NCBI GenBank assembly: GCA_951406725.2
Contig: OX597829.1
Span: forward strand, 36,828,001 to 36,892,000
Direction of reading: 5' to 3'
DNA length: 64,000 nt
DNA from: Octopus vulgaris
Lineage: Eukaryota
In this document: piece by piece, positions 24,797 through 36,490 of the stretch
How positions within the stretch are numbered: the stretch's first letter is position 1
Layout of the letters: every line of letters begins with the position of its first letter
Made by a program: the position numbers and the translations under genes
The notes under the pieces: model-generated
What the model was told of the DNA's origin: nothing
The model's database searches: none
Seen by the model: only the letters and a program-made list of their open reading frames with translations

Positions 24797-25798
24797 ATGG
24801 AGTCGATGTGGTCGGAAGTTGAAACAGTGAAGAAGGAAAATCGCCATGAATTATCCCTTAAAGGGCAACAGATTAACTCAAGGATTATTAAAAATGGATT
24901 GGACCAGGGAATATATACTTTGGTTGGTTTAAATCACCTCGAAATATCAATGACCTGTTTAAATGAATTAGGTGCAGATCTAGGAAATCTGTCAAACTTG
25001 ACTAGTTTGATACTTTGTTCTAATAAACTAACAACAATTCCAGTTTCAGTGGGCAAATTAACCAAGCTGAAAGTTTTGGATATGTCTAATAACGAGATAA
25101 TCAACATCCCGAATGAAATAAATGGTTTAATTGGATTAGAGGTGCTAAATGTTAACAAAAACCAACTCGAAATATTTCCATCCATAGCAGCTCTCAAAAA
25201 CCTTCACAAATTGAATATTTCGTTTAATCGATTAAAATGCCTTCCCGATGGTATAACTGATCCAAGTTTGGTCCACTTAAGCCATGTCTTAGCTTCTAAC
25301 AACCATATTGAAGAAATTCCTCCCGAATTGAATAACTTGTCTCATCTAAATGTCTTGGACTTATCAGAAAACCATTTAAACGACATTGCTCCAGAATTGT
25401 GTTTATGTGAACGCCTTAAAGAGCTGAATCTCAAAGGAAACCGAGTAAAAGATAGAAAACTGCTAAAATTACTCGAACAGTCAAATAAGAAGACGATTTT
25501 TGAGTTTCTTTCCACTGCTCTCACCAAACAGCAAAAGTCTGAAGAAGGACGTAATTCTTCTGGTATTCCGAGATCAGGAAAAGCTAAAAAAAAGAACCGC
25601 CAGTCCAAAAAAGATACATTAGAAAATGATGTTCCCAAAAGTGTTATTCATATTTTACATTTTCCCGAAGAAGACGGTGTGACAGTTCGAATCACATCAA
25701 ATGCCGTAGCCATCCGACCATATATTATCTGCTGTATAGTTAAAGATGTTAACTTGAAGAGAGAAAATACTCTTTATAAGAAGTTTATTCAGTTACAG
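24797..25798 (+). CDS. LRRC47: LRRC47 exon 1 (LRR region, basic linker, start of B3/4-like domain)
   Basis: ATG 24797 (alternative 24806); repeated LxxLxLxxNxL; IRPYIICCIV..KKFIQLQ; donor CAG|GTAATC at 25798; 334 codons, phase 0. Confidence 0.93.
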
Positions 25799-28650
25799 GT
25801 AATCGAATATTTTATTATTTCTTCAAATTGTTAAGTGCTAAATATGTTTCTTCTCTACATTATTTACGAATGTATCTACCGAGCAATTTATTTTCTTTTT
25901 TATAATTGAGAAAAATTCATGGCAGTCAATATGGTATTTCACTCTACTCGTTATAGAAACATCCAAATCTTCCTTCAAACAAACGTCTACAAATTCAGGC
26001 GTTGGAAACCAGCTGCCTTCTCTTTCTCATTTGTCAGTCATTATTTCACCGATTTTTTTCATTTATGAAATAAGGATTTCCTTATCAATTTTGTTGAAAA
26101 TTATGAAATAATTCTTAAAAATGAATGTTGCAGTGTTATTTATAATCTGTGTTGCACGGATAAAAATTAAGACAGAAGGGTGTTTATTTTTTAAAAAATC
26201 ATTTGAAAACTAAAATTAATTAGTTTTGAGGATTAACACTCAGCTTCAAAGTCAACCGAATGTTGAGAGAAAATATTTTAGGACGGCATGAGAACCCTGT
26301 AACAGGTTTGATGTTAGAAGATATGCAAGTAGTTTTCTAATTATATCAAAATGTCAAGTTTTATATTTTACACGTGCAAATTATAGGTGCATCGGATAAT
26401 TTAATTAGGTTGTCAGGGACGATTTACTATTACTATTTTTAAATGGGTCCTCCTAAATTAATTGCCAAGATATACAGGGTAGCTTTTATTTGGTTGCTCG
26501 ACCTCATGGAAATACCCCTTTAAGCACATTTTACCGTCTTCATCTTTGAATGGGATGAATACAGGAAAATGCCTTTGGGCTACACTTATGTGGCCGTAAG
26601 ACAAGCTAAACAATATAAAAGTAAAATTTAGATTTTTATCGTAATGTGTATCTTGACTGCTGAGCTTTCAAATTTTACGAAGAGAGACTGATCTGCATGC
26701 GGTCCAACAAATTTCAGACAGTCTGCTTGACAAGTCAAGAATTTATTGAACGGAACTCCAGTATAAAAAAGTGACTGCAGCTGAGGATGAAAGCGTCTTA
26801 ACAGCCGGCACATTGCTTACACATAGTAGCTGCTAAAATTAAGTACTCTTTTATTCATTACTGCTTTGTCATATATTTTATAAGCATTAAATACTGAAAT
26901 TAAACTGATTTTATAGAGCATGTGCTATTCTGTATGTCACTTCCGTTTTGTACCGGTGTAGCAAGCAATTTCTTCTATTCTGCTCACCTCCGGTGACCTG
27001 AAATCGCATTCAGATAACTGGGGAAGATGGAATGAAAGTAATTTGAAATTAAGTTCATCCTAACCCTATTATTTCTGGTTCTCTCTTCCTCGAACCCTTA
27101 CCCCAAATATTCTTTACTGGTTACAAAGAATTCTTTATTCTCAAATAACTTCAGAAAATCTTGAGAGGTTTCTGTCAAGGGAGATAATAACCAAGCCCCC
27201 TTACTGTTTTCTGTGTGCGTATATAAATATATTTATTTGTTAACTTGCTTATTAATGATCTAAAGAACTTGTAGTGATTAACCGAGAATATTAAACAAAC
27301 AAGCAAGTTATCAGATGGTCGTGAGATGTGCTAAAAACAACAGCTAAATCGCCCTTAATTTTTTTTCCATAGCACTCAAACAAGAATTATTCATTTATGT
27401 GAATTTTCTTTCTCTTCGAAAGTCCTCTCCATCACACCCTCGGAAAAAATATGGTTAATGTTTACAATATTACCCGGAAACGAAATTTTAAAAAAATAGT
27501 GGGACGGGTGTAAAAAAAATGTGTAGGAAACGAATATGAAAGCAAAAATGCGCAGAAAGCATCGGGGTGGGGGGTGGGGTGAGAAGACTTCGGAAAATTC
27601 ACAAGATCCGAGTTTTACCGTCATAACTTTTAGGAAGATTTTTTTTTTTTTTAATGAAATTTTATGTAAGTACCTTTCAAATGGCATTACGATTATTAAG
27701 AAATTTGTGAGTAAAATTTTTTCCGAAGGGGTGGGGAGAGGACTTCGGAGAATTCACAAGATCCGATTTTTTCCCGCCCGCGTAACTTTAAGGAAATTGG
27801 ATATCTTTTAATAAAATTGTATGTGTATATATATATATAAAATCCCTTAAAATGTTTCAGCCAGAAGGCTGCGGCCATGCTGGGGCACCACTGTTGAACG
27901 AGCTACACTAGTATGTGAAACCACCATCTGTGTTTCCTGCCATTCTGAAAAATGTTATCTTAAAATAACGGGTAAAGAAAAGTGGCTAACGCAGTTTCGC
28001 ACCTCACCTTCAAAAAACGCATTTGCGGGGGTGGGATCCTCTACCTTTTTTTTTTTTTTTTTTTCCGAACAACAATAAGGGGTTTACGGTACATTACGTA
28101 ATGCATGTCGTCTGAAAGGTATTTATATACAATTTCATTAAAAGATATGGTTAAATGTTTAATTTATTTTCCTCAAAGTTGTGGACTTAAAACCTCGGAT
28201 CTTGTGAATTTTTCGAAGTTCTCTCGCCACTCACTCGGAATTCTTTCGGTCGGAGATTAAGAATATGCAAAAAACAAAAAAAAAAATACGATAACCCATG
28301 ACGATACTTTAAATAAATAAATTTCAAAGTTATAACGTTCGAGAAGTTTCATTGAAAATATACGCATGTGGTGTCTTGAAGGGTTGTTAAATTTGTTTGC
28401 GCATGCGTCATTACGTTTTTTAGACGCATGCTCCAACAATTAACAACTTTTTTAGGTAAAAACACGCGTGTATTATCAGTGAAACTTCTCGAACGTTCCA
28501 ACTTTGAAATTGTAGGGGTTTTTTTTTTCGGGTTTTTTTTTGTTAATTTTGACATTATTACATGGAAACGAAAACGAAAAAAAAAAAAAAATAGTGGAAC
28601 GGGTGTAAAAATTTTAAAAATAAAAAAGGCGGAGGTAAAAACAATGGACC

Positions 28651-28704
28651 GGCAATCTTTCGTCTCTAGTAGCCCTTTCCGTCGATTAGAGACGAAAGAT
28701 CGCC
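28651..28704. mobile_element. 54-bp mini-MITE with 18-bp TIRs and 9-bp TSD
   Basis: ggcaatctttcgtctcta / tagagacgaaagatcgcc (17/18), flanked by caatggacc at 28642-28650 and 28705-28713. Confidence 0.7.
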
Positions 28705-29914
28705 CAATGGACCGCATCCCCTTTGGGATGTTTTTTTGAGTTTCTGTTTTTTTACAGGAACTCACTATTCCAAAAAAACTAACCACAACATGTTGGGTTA
28801 TGTTCGTTATAAAACATTAGTAGAGAAAACACTTTAATTTCACTTCTTGTCATAGGGGTATATTTGAAGAGAATTTCATTAAAAAATATTTTCTTGAAAG
28901 TTAAGGCGAATTGAAGTGGACTCCGGTGAATTTTCCGAAATTCCCCACTCAAACCCCTCCTAATGAATTTCCCCCAACAGTTTTGTATATTCGGAATCTA
29001 CATGATTTAACACATATTCATAGAAACTATCATTAAAAAATATCCATTTTTCTGAAAGCTATGACCATCCAGAGTCGTGGTTGGGGGTCAGAAATCTGTA
29101 GTTATGCCAATTTGTCTACAATATCAAGGTCAGCCAAAAGAATGTCTCCGTCCAGAGAAAGAGAGATACCTGCAGAAAGGGAAGCACGCCAAGAAACAAA
29201 CAGAACTGCAATTTTGCACCCCTCTTTGAAAAATGCATTAAAAAAAAAATTTAATTTTTTTCCGGATTCCTACGTTTTAGATGACGGAGATTACGAATAT
29301 GTAAAAAAAAAAAAAGGTTTTTTTTTTTTTGTTTTTTGTTTTTCCTGTTTTAGATTATGGAAATTCCGAATATGCCAGAAACCGCGTTTTCAAAATTTTA
29401 AATTCAGTAAGCATATATATGTGTGTATAAAGAGATAGATAGATAGATATGAATGTCTTCCTGGGGCTAAAAACAACAGTAACACACCATCTTCTATACG
29501 ACCGCTACATATAGTTGACAAATATATTAAGGCAGACACAAGTAAAACGCAAATTCTTTTCGCTTTAATGTTTTTGCCTGTATTTAATTTCAATTTGCAT
29601 ATGTTCGTCAATTCGCTATGATCTTAGAGCAAACAAAATTAAAAAAATTTAATTGGGAGTGGGAGAGCTGGGGGGTGATTAGGAATCTGAATTTTTTTTT
29701 TTTTAACCATATTTGTAATCTCCAATTTGTAATCTTCAAATTCCTAAGAATTCGAAAAAATATTTAAAAAAAACTACATTACCCCTTGGAAGCTATTTTT
29801 TTTTTTTATTGTTTTGTCGGCTAGTTGTTAAAGTAAACATTAACCGAAAGATGACTAAATGCCTACTAAATTATACATTTTTTTAAAAACGTGAGTGTAG
29901 CTTTCTCTCTCTCT

Positions 29915-30292
29915 CTTTTACTTGTTTCAGTCATTTGACTGCGGCCATGCTGGAGCACCGCCTTTAGTCGAGCAACTCGACCCCGGGACTTATTCTTTTT
30001 GTAAGCCCAGTACTTATTCTATCGGTCTCTTTTGCCGAACCGCTAAGTGACGGGGACATACACACCAGCATCGGTTGTCAAGCAATGCTAGGGGGACAAA
30101 CACACACACATACATATATATATATACATATATACGACGGGCTTCTTTCAGTTTCCGTCTACCAAATCCACTCACAAGGCTTTGGTCAGCCCGAGGCTAT
30201 AGCAGAAGACACTTGCCCAAGATGCCACGCAGTGGGACTGAACCCGGAACCATGAGGTTGGTTAGCAAGCTACTTACCACACAGCCACTCCG
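29915..30292 (-). mobile_element. tRNA-derived composite SINE
   Basis: Reverse complement of the family at 15742-16110. Confidence 0.85.
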
Positions 30293-31099
30293 GCTCTTAT
30301 TTTCAACAGTAACTACATTGTGCCTCCCTCTAGAAACCGGTTAATATAAAGCGTTACGCATATCAGAAAATCAAAAAAAAAAAATGTGTGTAATAGGTGT
30401 AAAACAACTTCCTATGAACGAATATGAAAAAAAATTCGCGCACGCGAAAGGGGGTGGGGGAGAGGCCTCGGAAAATTCACATCGGGAAGTTCCGAAAGCG
30501 TCTGAGGGGCTGACCCGGGCACCAAAACAAAAAAAAATAGTGTAATATGTGTAAAACAATTTGCTCTAAACGAATATGACAAAAAAAATGCGCTCTCGCG
30601 AAAGGGGTGGGGGAGAGGCCTCGGAAAATTTATATCGGGAATTTCCGAAAGCGTCTGAACCGGGCACAAAAACAAAAACAGCGTAATAGGTGTAAAACAA
30701 CTTGCTCTAAACGACTATCATGAAAAAAATGCGCGCTCGCGAAAATCCACTTAATGTGTACTACTACTACTACAGTACAGCCAGTCAGGCATAGAATGGT
30801 GTATGTCACTCTGTGAGTACAGCATAGTAGGTCTCACATAAGTACCACAATCTCCCCCACCACCATTCTCATAAATCAATTGAACACCATCTCTATATGG
30901 AGCTAACATTAGGTACCTATGCTCAGATTGAGATTAGTGATACTGCATGGCCCACTGATATATGCAAGGAGGGCACAATATGATACAATGCCATATTGAT
31001 AATGATTTTAACAAGTCAAAAACATTCATCATCACCACCATCATCATGCCACTGTCAACAGCTACACACTCAATGTCATTCATCAGCATCATGATCCTC

Positions 31100-31392
31100 A
31101 TCACCCATGCCGGTGACACGTAAAAAGCACCATCTGAATGTGGCAGATGCCAGTGCCGCCTGACTGGCGTCCGTGTCGGTGACGCATAAAAGCACCGACC
31201 GATCGTTGTCGTTTGCCAGGTAAAAAAAACACCCATTACACTCACGGAGTGGTTGGCGTTAGGAAGGGCATCCAGCTGTAGAAACACTGCCAAATCAGAC
31301 TAGAGCCTGGTGCAGCCTCCATGGCTTACCAGGCCCCGGTCGAACCGTCCAACCCGTGCTAGCATGGAAAACAGACGTTAAATGATGATGAT
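31100..31392 (+). mobile_element. RTE 3' end / derived SINE
   Basis: ggttggcgttaggaagggcatccagctgtagaaac..acgttaaat(gat)n. Confidence 0.8.
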
Positions 31393-31960
31393 GTAACAGA
31401 AAAAGAAAATTGAGAAATTAATATATAGATATAAGTTTATTTGAACAAATTCCATTCAGCATAGCGTCAAATTTTTTTTTAACATCTACAGCTGTTTCCT
31501 TACCCAATTAATTGAGTAATTAAATTAGATTATTTTAAATTTTCATATCGAATATCATAAATTGGGTATTTCATCATGGGAGAGAATTTAGGTACTTGTT
31601 CATTTTAGTGATATGGAAATAAAAATTAAGGAGGAGATAACTAGTAAAGGGACATAAGTCAACTTACTGTTAAATACTGTAGTAAGGAAACCTGGCAAAT
31701 TACAATATTCGCACATGTATAAATTCATAATTAGTCGACCAACCAATGAAGAATCTTGTCTCCTGATTTGGCTAATTGGGTGATGTTCCAAAATTGATTC
31801 ATGGTTGACGATTTCAATTTCAGGAACAATGAACTATGGTCCCACTAGTCTTCTATGTGCCATTCTGATCAAGTAAATAACATCCTCTATTTTATGTTGT
31901 ATTTACTTTTTTAATATCACTAAACTGAACTTTTACTGAGAATTTGTTAGAAAGCAGCTA

Positions 31961-32362
31961 GGATCTTTTCGGTTTGAACGGCAGTTTTTAACATAATTTC
32001 TAGGTAACTAAAAAATTTTAAACTTCGTATACTGGTAGAATGTGTTTATAAAACATCTTTTTCTCTTGGCTTTATTGAGAAAATTCTATGGTTTGTAAGA
32101 TATTTGTTGTTGTTTTTCTGCAATTTCAACCAATCAATGACGTCCATTGAGGTAAAAAAAAAACATTCTGTGCTGTATGAATATGTCCCTCGTTTAAGAA
32201 ACAGATTGGGTTTATCTACATTTGTGAAGAAAAAATATACCCTTCCCCCCACCCCAAACCCTAAAACAGATTGAAATGCAATAGATCGATACTAGGGTCA
32301 TAATTATGGGTGACAATTTCATATGACACCGCTAGAAAAAACTGCCGTTCAAACCGAAAAGA
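31961..32362. mobile_element. MITE with ~26-bp TIRs
   Basis: tcttttcggtttgaacggcagttttt / aaaaactgccgttcaaaccgaaaaga. Confidence 0.85.
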
Positions 32363-34632
32363 CATGTTGGCTGACCTTTGATAGACTGAGATATGTGTGT
32401 TTTAGCAACAGGTGTATTTAAAAACAAAAACTGTTACTATTCTTATGCATTTTAATTAATTTTTTTTAACTAAATAGCTTGAAACTCATATACCGGTGTA
32501 ATTTCTCACACAGAACACAATACAACTTACTTCTAATATTTTAACAAAATTTCGTATTTTAGAAGTTATTTTGTGTTAAAGTTGTATTTGGGTAATTTTA
32601 ACCAATCAACGTGTATTCAGATAAAGAAAGCTACTGCTGTTTGTCAAGGTAATCAAAAAGGAACAACTTCTGGGTCATCTCTACTAAATGGCACCATTCT
32701 GTTCTATTTTATTTTTTTGTTTACTGCCTGTGTTGCATATTACACTTTTTTTTTTGTTCTTGCATCGGATTAACCTGTAAACATCGAAGAATCAACACCA
32801 TAGGGCCGAATTTGGGGGTGGGAATTTTGGTTTTATCCATGCATAAAGCACACCGTGTTTAAAGGGCCTACAGAACTATGGGTCTGCAGCTAGCTTTTTT
32901 TGTTTTTGATGTGTACATAGTTTCAGAATGCCTTATTTTGCAATTATGAGATGTATTGTTATTATGATTTTATCTTTTGTCAATACAAAAGTCTTAATTA
33001 GATTAAAACATTGCAAGTAAAACAAAACAAATATGCTTTGTTTTCTTCCAGGCACCAATGTACTGTAGCTGTAGTCTTTCACATTGTCCACCAACTGACC
33101 TTTCTTCTGAAAAAATCAGTGGAATCGGTCAATCTCCGTACACAAATTATTTTCCTCCTGAAACTTATTAAAAAGTACACATATTAGCAGCTTATTCTCT
33201 TATGGAGAATTAATTTTAAAAATCTGTGAGCCAAACTGAATAAATCTGCTACAAAATGATGCCGAATCAAAACTGCTTACTAATTACCATAATTGAATAT
33301 TACATCATTGATATTAGTGCACTTATAGTGAGAAAGAAATGAATGACCTAATCAAGGAAAACATGAATATTAACAAATCAAATTAATAAATTAATGAAGT
33401 TAAAACCGATATTAAATTAATTAATTCAGTGAAAGTAAAGAATACGCACACCCAGTGTTTGGGTTTAGGATTAGGGCTTTTGTTACGCCAAAAACAGGTG
33501 GTGTGCGTATTCTGGGGTCCACACAAAAGCCCCACAGTTATATTTTAGGGTTATTCTTTTGTTTTTAGAATTTTTAATTGAATGCATCAACCCAAGAATT
33601 TTTTTTTTTTACTTGTTGCAGTTACTAGACTGGCTGGCCATGCTGGCGCACCACCTTGAATTTTTAGATAGTTGTATGGAACCCAGAATTTTTTTTAAGC
33701 TTGATCAAAACCACTTCGGTGATATAATTAATTTTTGTTTTTCTTATTACTTGTTGTAGTCATTAGAGTGCAGTCATGCTGGGGCACTACCTTGAGGAAT
33801 TTTTAGTCGATTGTATCAACCCCAGAATCATTTTTTGGTGATTTTCAACCAGCACTTAACATTAAACCTAGAAGGTCTCACATATTTTTTTTGCAAAATT
33901 ACAACTTTTTAAGTAAGCAAAATATATTCAGTTGAAAAACTGTGTCAAAACATCTATGTCCCTCACAGTGGTATGTTCCATGTGTTTCCTTATTTTTAGA
34001 ATAACAGAACACAAGACTCTTGTACTACTCAATGTACATATTGTCTGAATTCTAACAAAAGGGAAAGCATTTACTTCAAGAAACGTGTAGAAACTTAAAA
34101 AACTATAAGAAGTGTGTTTGAATGATAAAAAATTCAAGCTAGTGCCCCAGCATGGCTGAAGCAAGTAAAAAGATCTTATGAAAATATAAAAAAATGAGGG
34201 GGTTATAAAAAAAATTTTTGAGAGATTTGGCTGTTGCTTCTAGCATGTGGAGGTACCTTCTAGGCTTAACTTCATGCGCTGGTTGAAAACCATTAAAAAA
34301 AGTTCTGGGGTCGTTACTTTTGACTAAAAATTCCTCAAGGTGATATCCCAGCATGGCCGCAGTCTAATAACTGCAACAAGTAAAAATAAAAAAAATTCTA
34401 GTGCCAATACATTCAACTAAAAATTCTTCAAGGTGGTGCCCCAGCATGGACACAGTCTAATGACTGAAACAGTAAAAGGTGAAAAACTCAAAAAAATAAC
34501 CGAAAAATATAACCGTCAGTGTTTTGTCCACTTTTACACTTTAACTAAGTGGCATTTGTCCTACACTCACATATTCTTTACCTCTGCCAATCATATATTT
34601 TTGAGGTACAGTTTTGGTAAACTATATATAAT

Positions 34633-34665
34633 ACTAGCAATGCATCCCGGCGTTACCCGGATGTT
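34633..34665 (-). mobile_element. Helitron-like 3' terminus
   Basis: actagcaatgcatcccggcgttacccggatg reads on the minus strand as a GC hairpin followed by CTAG-T, in a TA run. Confidence 0.5.
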
Positions 34666-36148
34666 AGAACCTGCAGCTACATTGTATTATTTGCTCCTTT
34701 CTTAGGAGCAAAATTGGCACAGCTGATATATAGTGAACTGGATTACTGGTATAATGGAAGTTATTGTTCGTTTAAAGTGAGGAAGAGGGTACAATTTGCA
34801 TGGGTTTGCATGGAACTCCTTTCCATTCTCAAGAGGAATCACAAACTATGTGTAGTTTCATCGTATTACTACGATATTCGCCAGAAATATCGTTTTCAAA
34901 TTTTAGACCCCCCCCCCCCCCCATCCCCACTGCAATTTCTTAATTTGTAACTTTTCTCGATTTTTTTTTTAATCCATGTAGAAAAACAAAATATAGATTA
35001 TGAATATGGAAAATCCTTTTTTTTCTTTTTATTAGTTTAATTTTTCTTAAAGAATCAGTGCCACTTCCCCCAACTCACCCACCCATCACCTACCAGCTTT
35101 CAAAAAGTTAAAAACACCCAGTGTTTCACTTTCATCTGATGTTTCATGCATGCATAGAATTGTACTGAAATAGCAGATATGAAAAAATATCAAACCACCA
35201 CCAGAAAACTTGACATGCTAGAACAACAGGTAAATGACATTATTTTTGAAGAAACTTCCTTCATTTCCCAAATGCTAAAAGTAAAATATTGGAACTTTGT
35301 TGCTTTTTGAAAGTGGTGAGGTGATGTGTGGATGTTTGGAAGGAGATTTTAATGTTTCTTTAAGAAAAAAGAAGGAAGAAAATCTTTTTTTTTTTTTTTT
35401 TGTAGATGACCAAGAAAAAGTTTAAAAAATGAAGAAATTTGGGGAGGGGGGAATGAAAAGTTAAAATATTAATAATGGGTTTTGGCTGGAACCCTAATCT
35501 CCTGTATTGAAAACAATCAGTGAGGATAGCACAAATGTCACCTCAAACATGCTACAAACAAGAGGTAAAGGACGGAATTTCTGGGAGAACTTCTTTTTAG
35601 GTTTTTAAAATACAGTCATCACAATCATATATTACAGAATAGAAAAAGGTGGTTTCAATTGGATTTGAGCTGTAATTTTGTGCATGCACACAACAAGAAA
35701 TAACAATTCATGCATAAGTTTTACCTGGAGTGTTGTGCCAAAGGAAGTTATTTTATAATCAACTTGATCATATGGGACCAAATGATTATTCGTTAATTTC
35801 CGTAAAAAATTTTTCTTTATGCTTTGAAGAGAGAAGAAAGTAATGTCGACATTTGCCTTGCATTGAGGGCAGAAAGTGAAGGATGTATGGACGTGTACAT
35901 GAAATGTGCGTGTGTGTGTGTCAGCACTCGCACATGCGAAAAAGGGTTAGTGAGTAAAGGTGTGAGTTGTCATGAATGAATTTTTTTTCCATGTATGGTT
36001 TTTCACTGAGGCTCTGGATATAACAAGGAAACTTGGATAGTAACATTCCTTTAAGAGTATTTGATATCCTGGATATAATTATGTGTGTGTGTGTGTGTAT
36101 ATGTATACATGTATATATATATATATATATATACATTGTGTGTGTATA

Positions 36149-36490
36149 CAGGGGTTGGACAAAATAATGGAAATACCTAGCATCATAGCATCATAATTTT
36201 GAAATATCTATAAAATGGTCAAAAGCTTGTTTATTTTTATGTTTTGGGATTTAATATTAGTATTGTTTAATATGTTTTGGTAAAAGTGCTATTTCTTTTC
36301 AGATATCATCACAAAAAGGTAATTAAAATTCATTGAAATGTCAGACCTATCGGACTTTCAAACAGGTCAAATTGTTGGTGGTCGCATGGCAGGTGCTAGC
36401 ATAACGAAAAAAGCCGAATTGTTTGGTGTATCACGAACTACTGTCTTGAAAGTAATGACAGCCTTTGAGAAAGAGGTAAAGACCTCTTCA
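36149..36490 (+). mobile_element. Tc1-like transposon 5' part
   Basis: TA-caggggttggacaaaataatggaaa TIR; MSDLSDFQTGQIVG..AELFGVSRTTV HTH; paralogue at 61674. Confidence 0.88.

Larger units (their letters stand above)
27400..30750. repeat. CpG-bearing repeat region with dispersed and tandem G-tract units, probably DNA-transposon subterminal repeats
   Basis: Unit ggggtggg(g)gagagg(a/c)ctcggaaaattcac at about 27565, 27728, 30450 and 30603, inverted at about 28195; ~150-bp tandem units at 30371-30745. Confidence 0.6.

Noticed and set aside
24785-25834. 349-aa ORF as a single-exon LRR gene
   Set aside because: The first ATG is 24797 and homology continues through four downstream exons via the donor at 25799; the last 11 codons are intron read-through.
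28257-29438. Several 60-145 aa ORFs in the CpG-bearing region
   Set aside because: Poly-K/F from homopolymer runs; no domain signature.
33460-33478. Telomere-like gggtttaggattaggg (also accccaaaccctaa at 32251)
   Set aside because: Only two or three degenerate units, inside MITE-like sequence.
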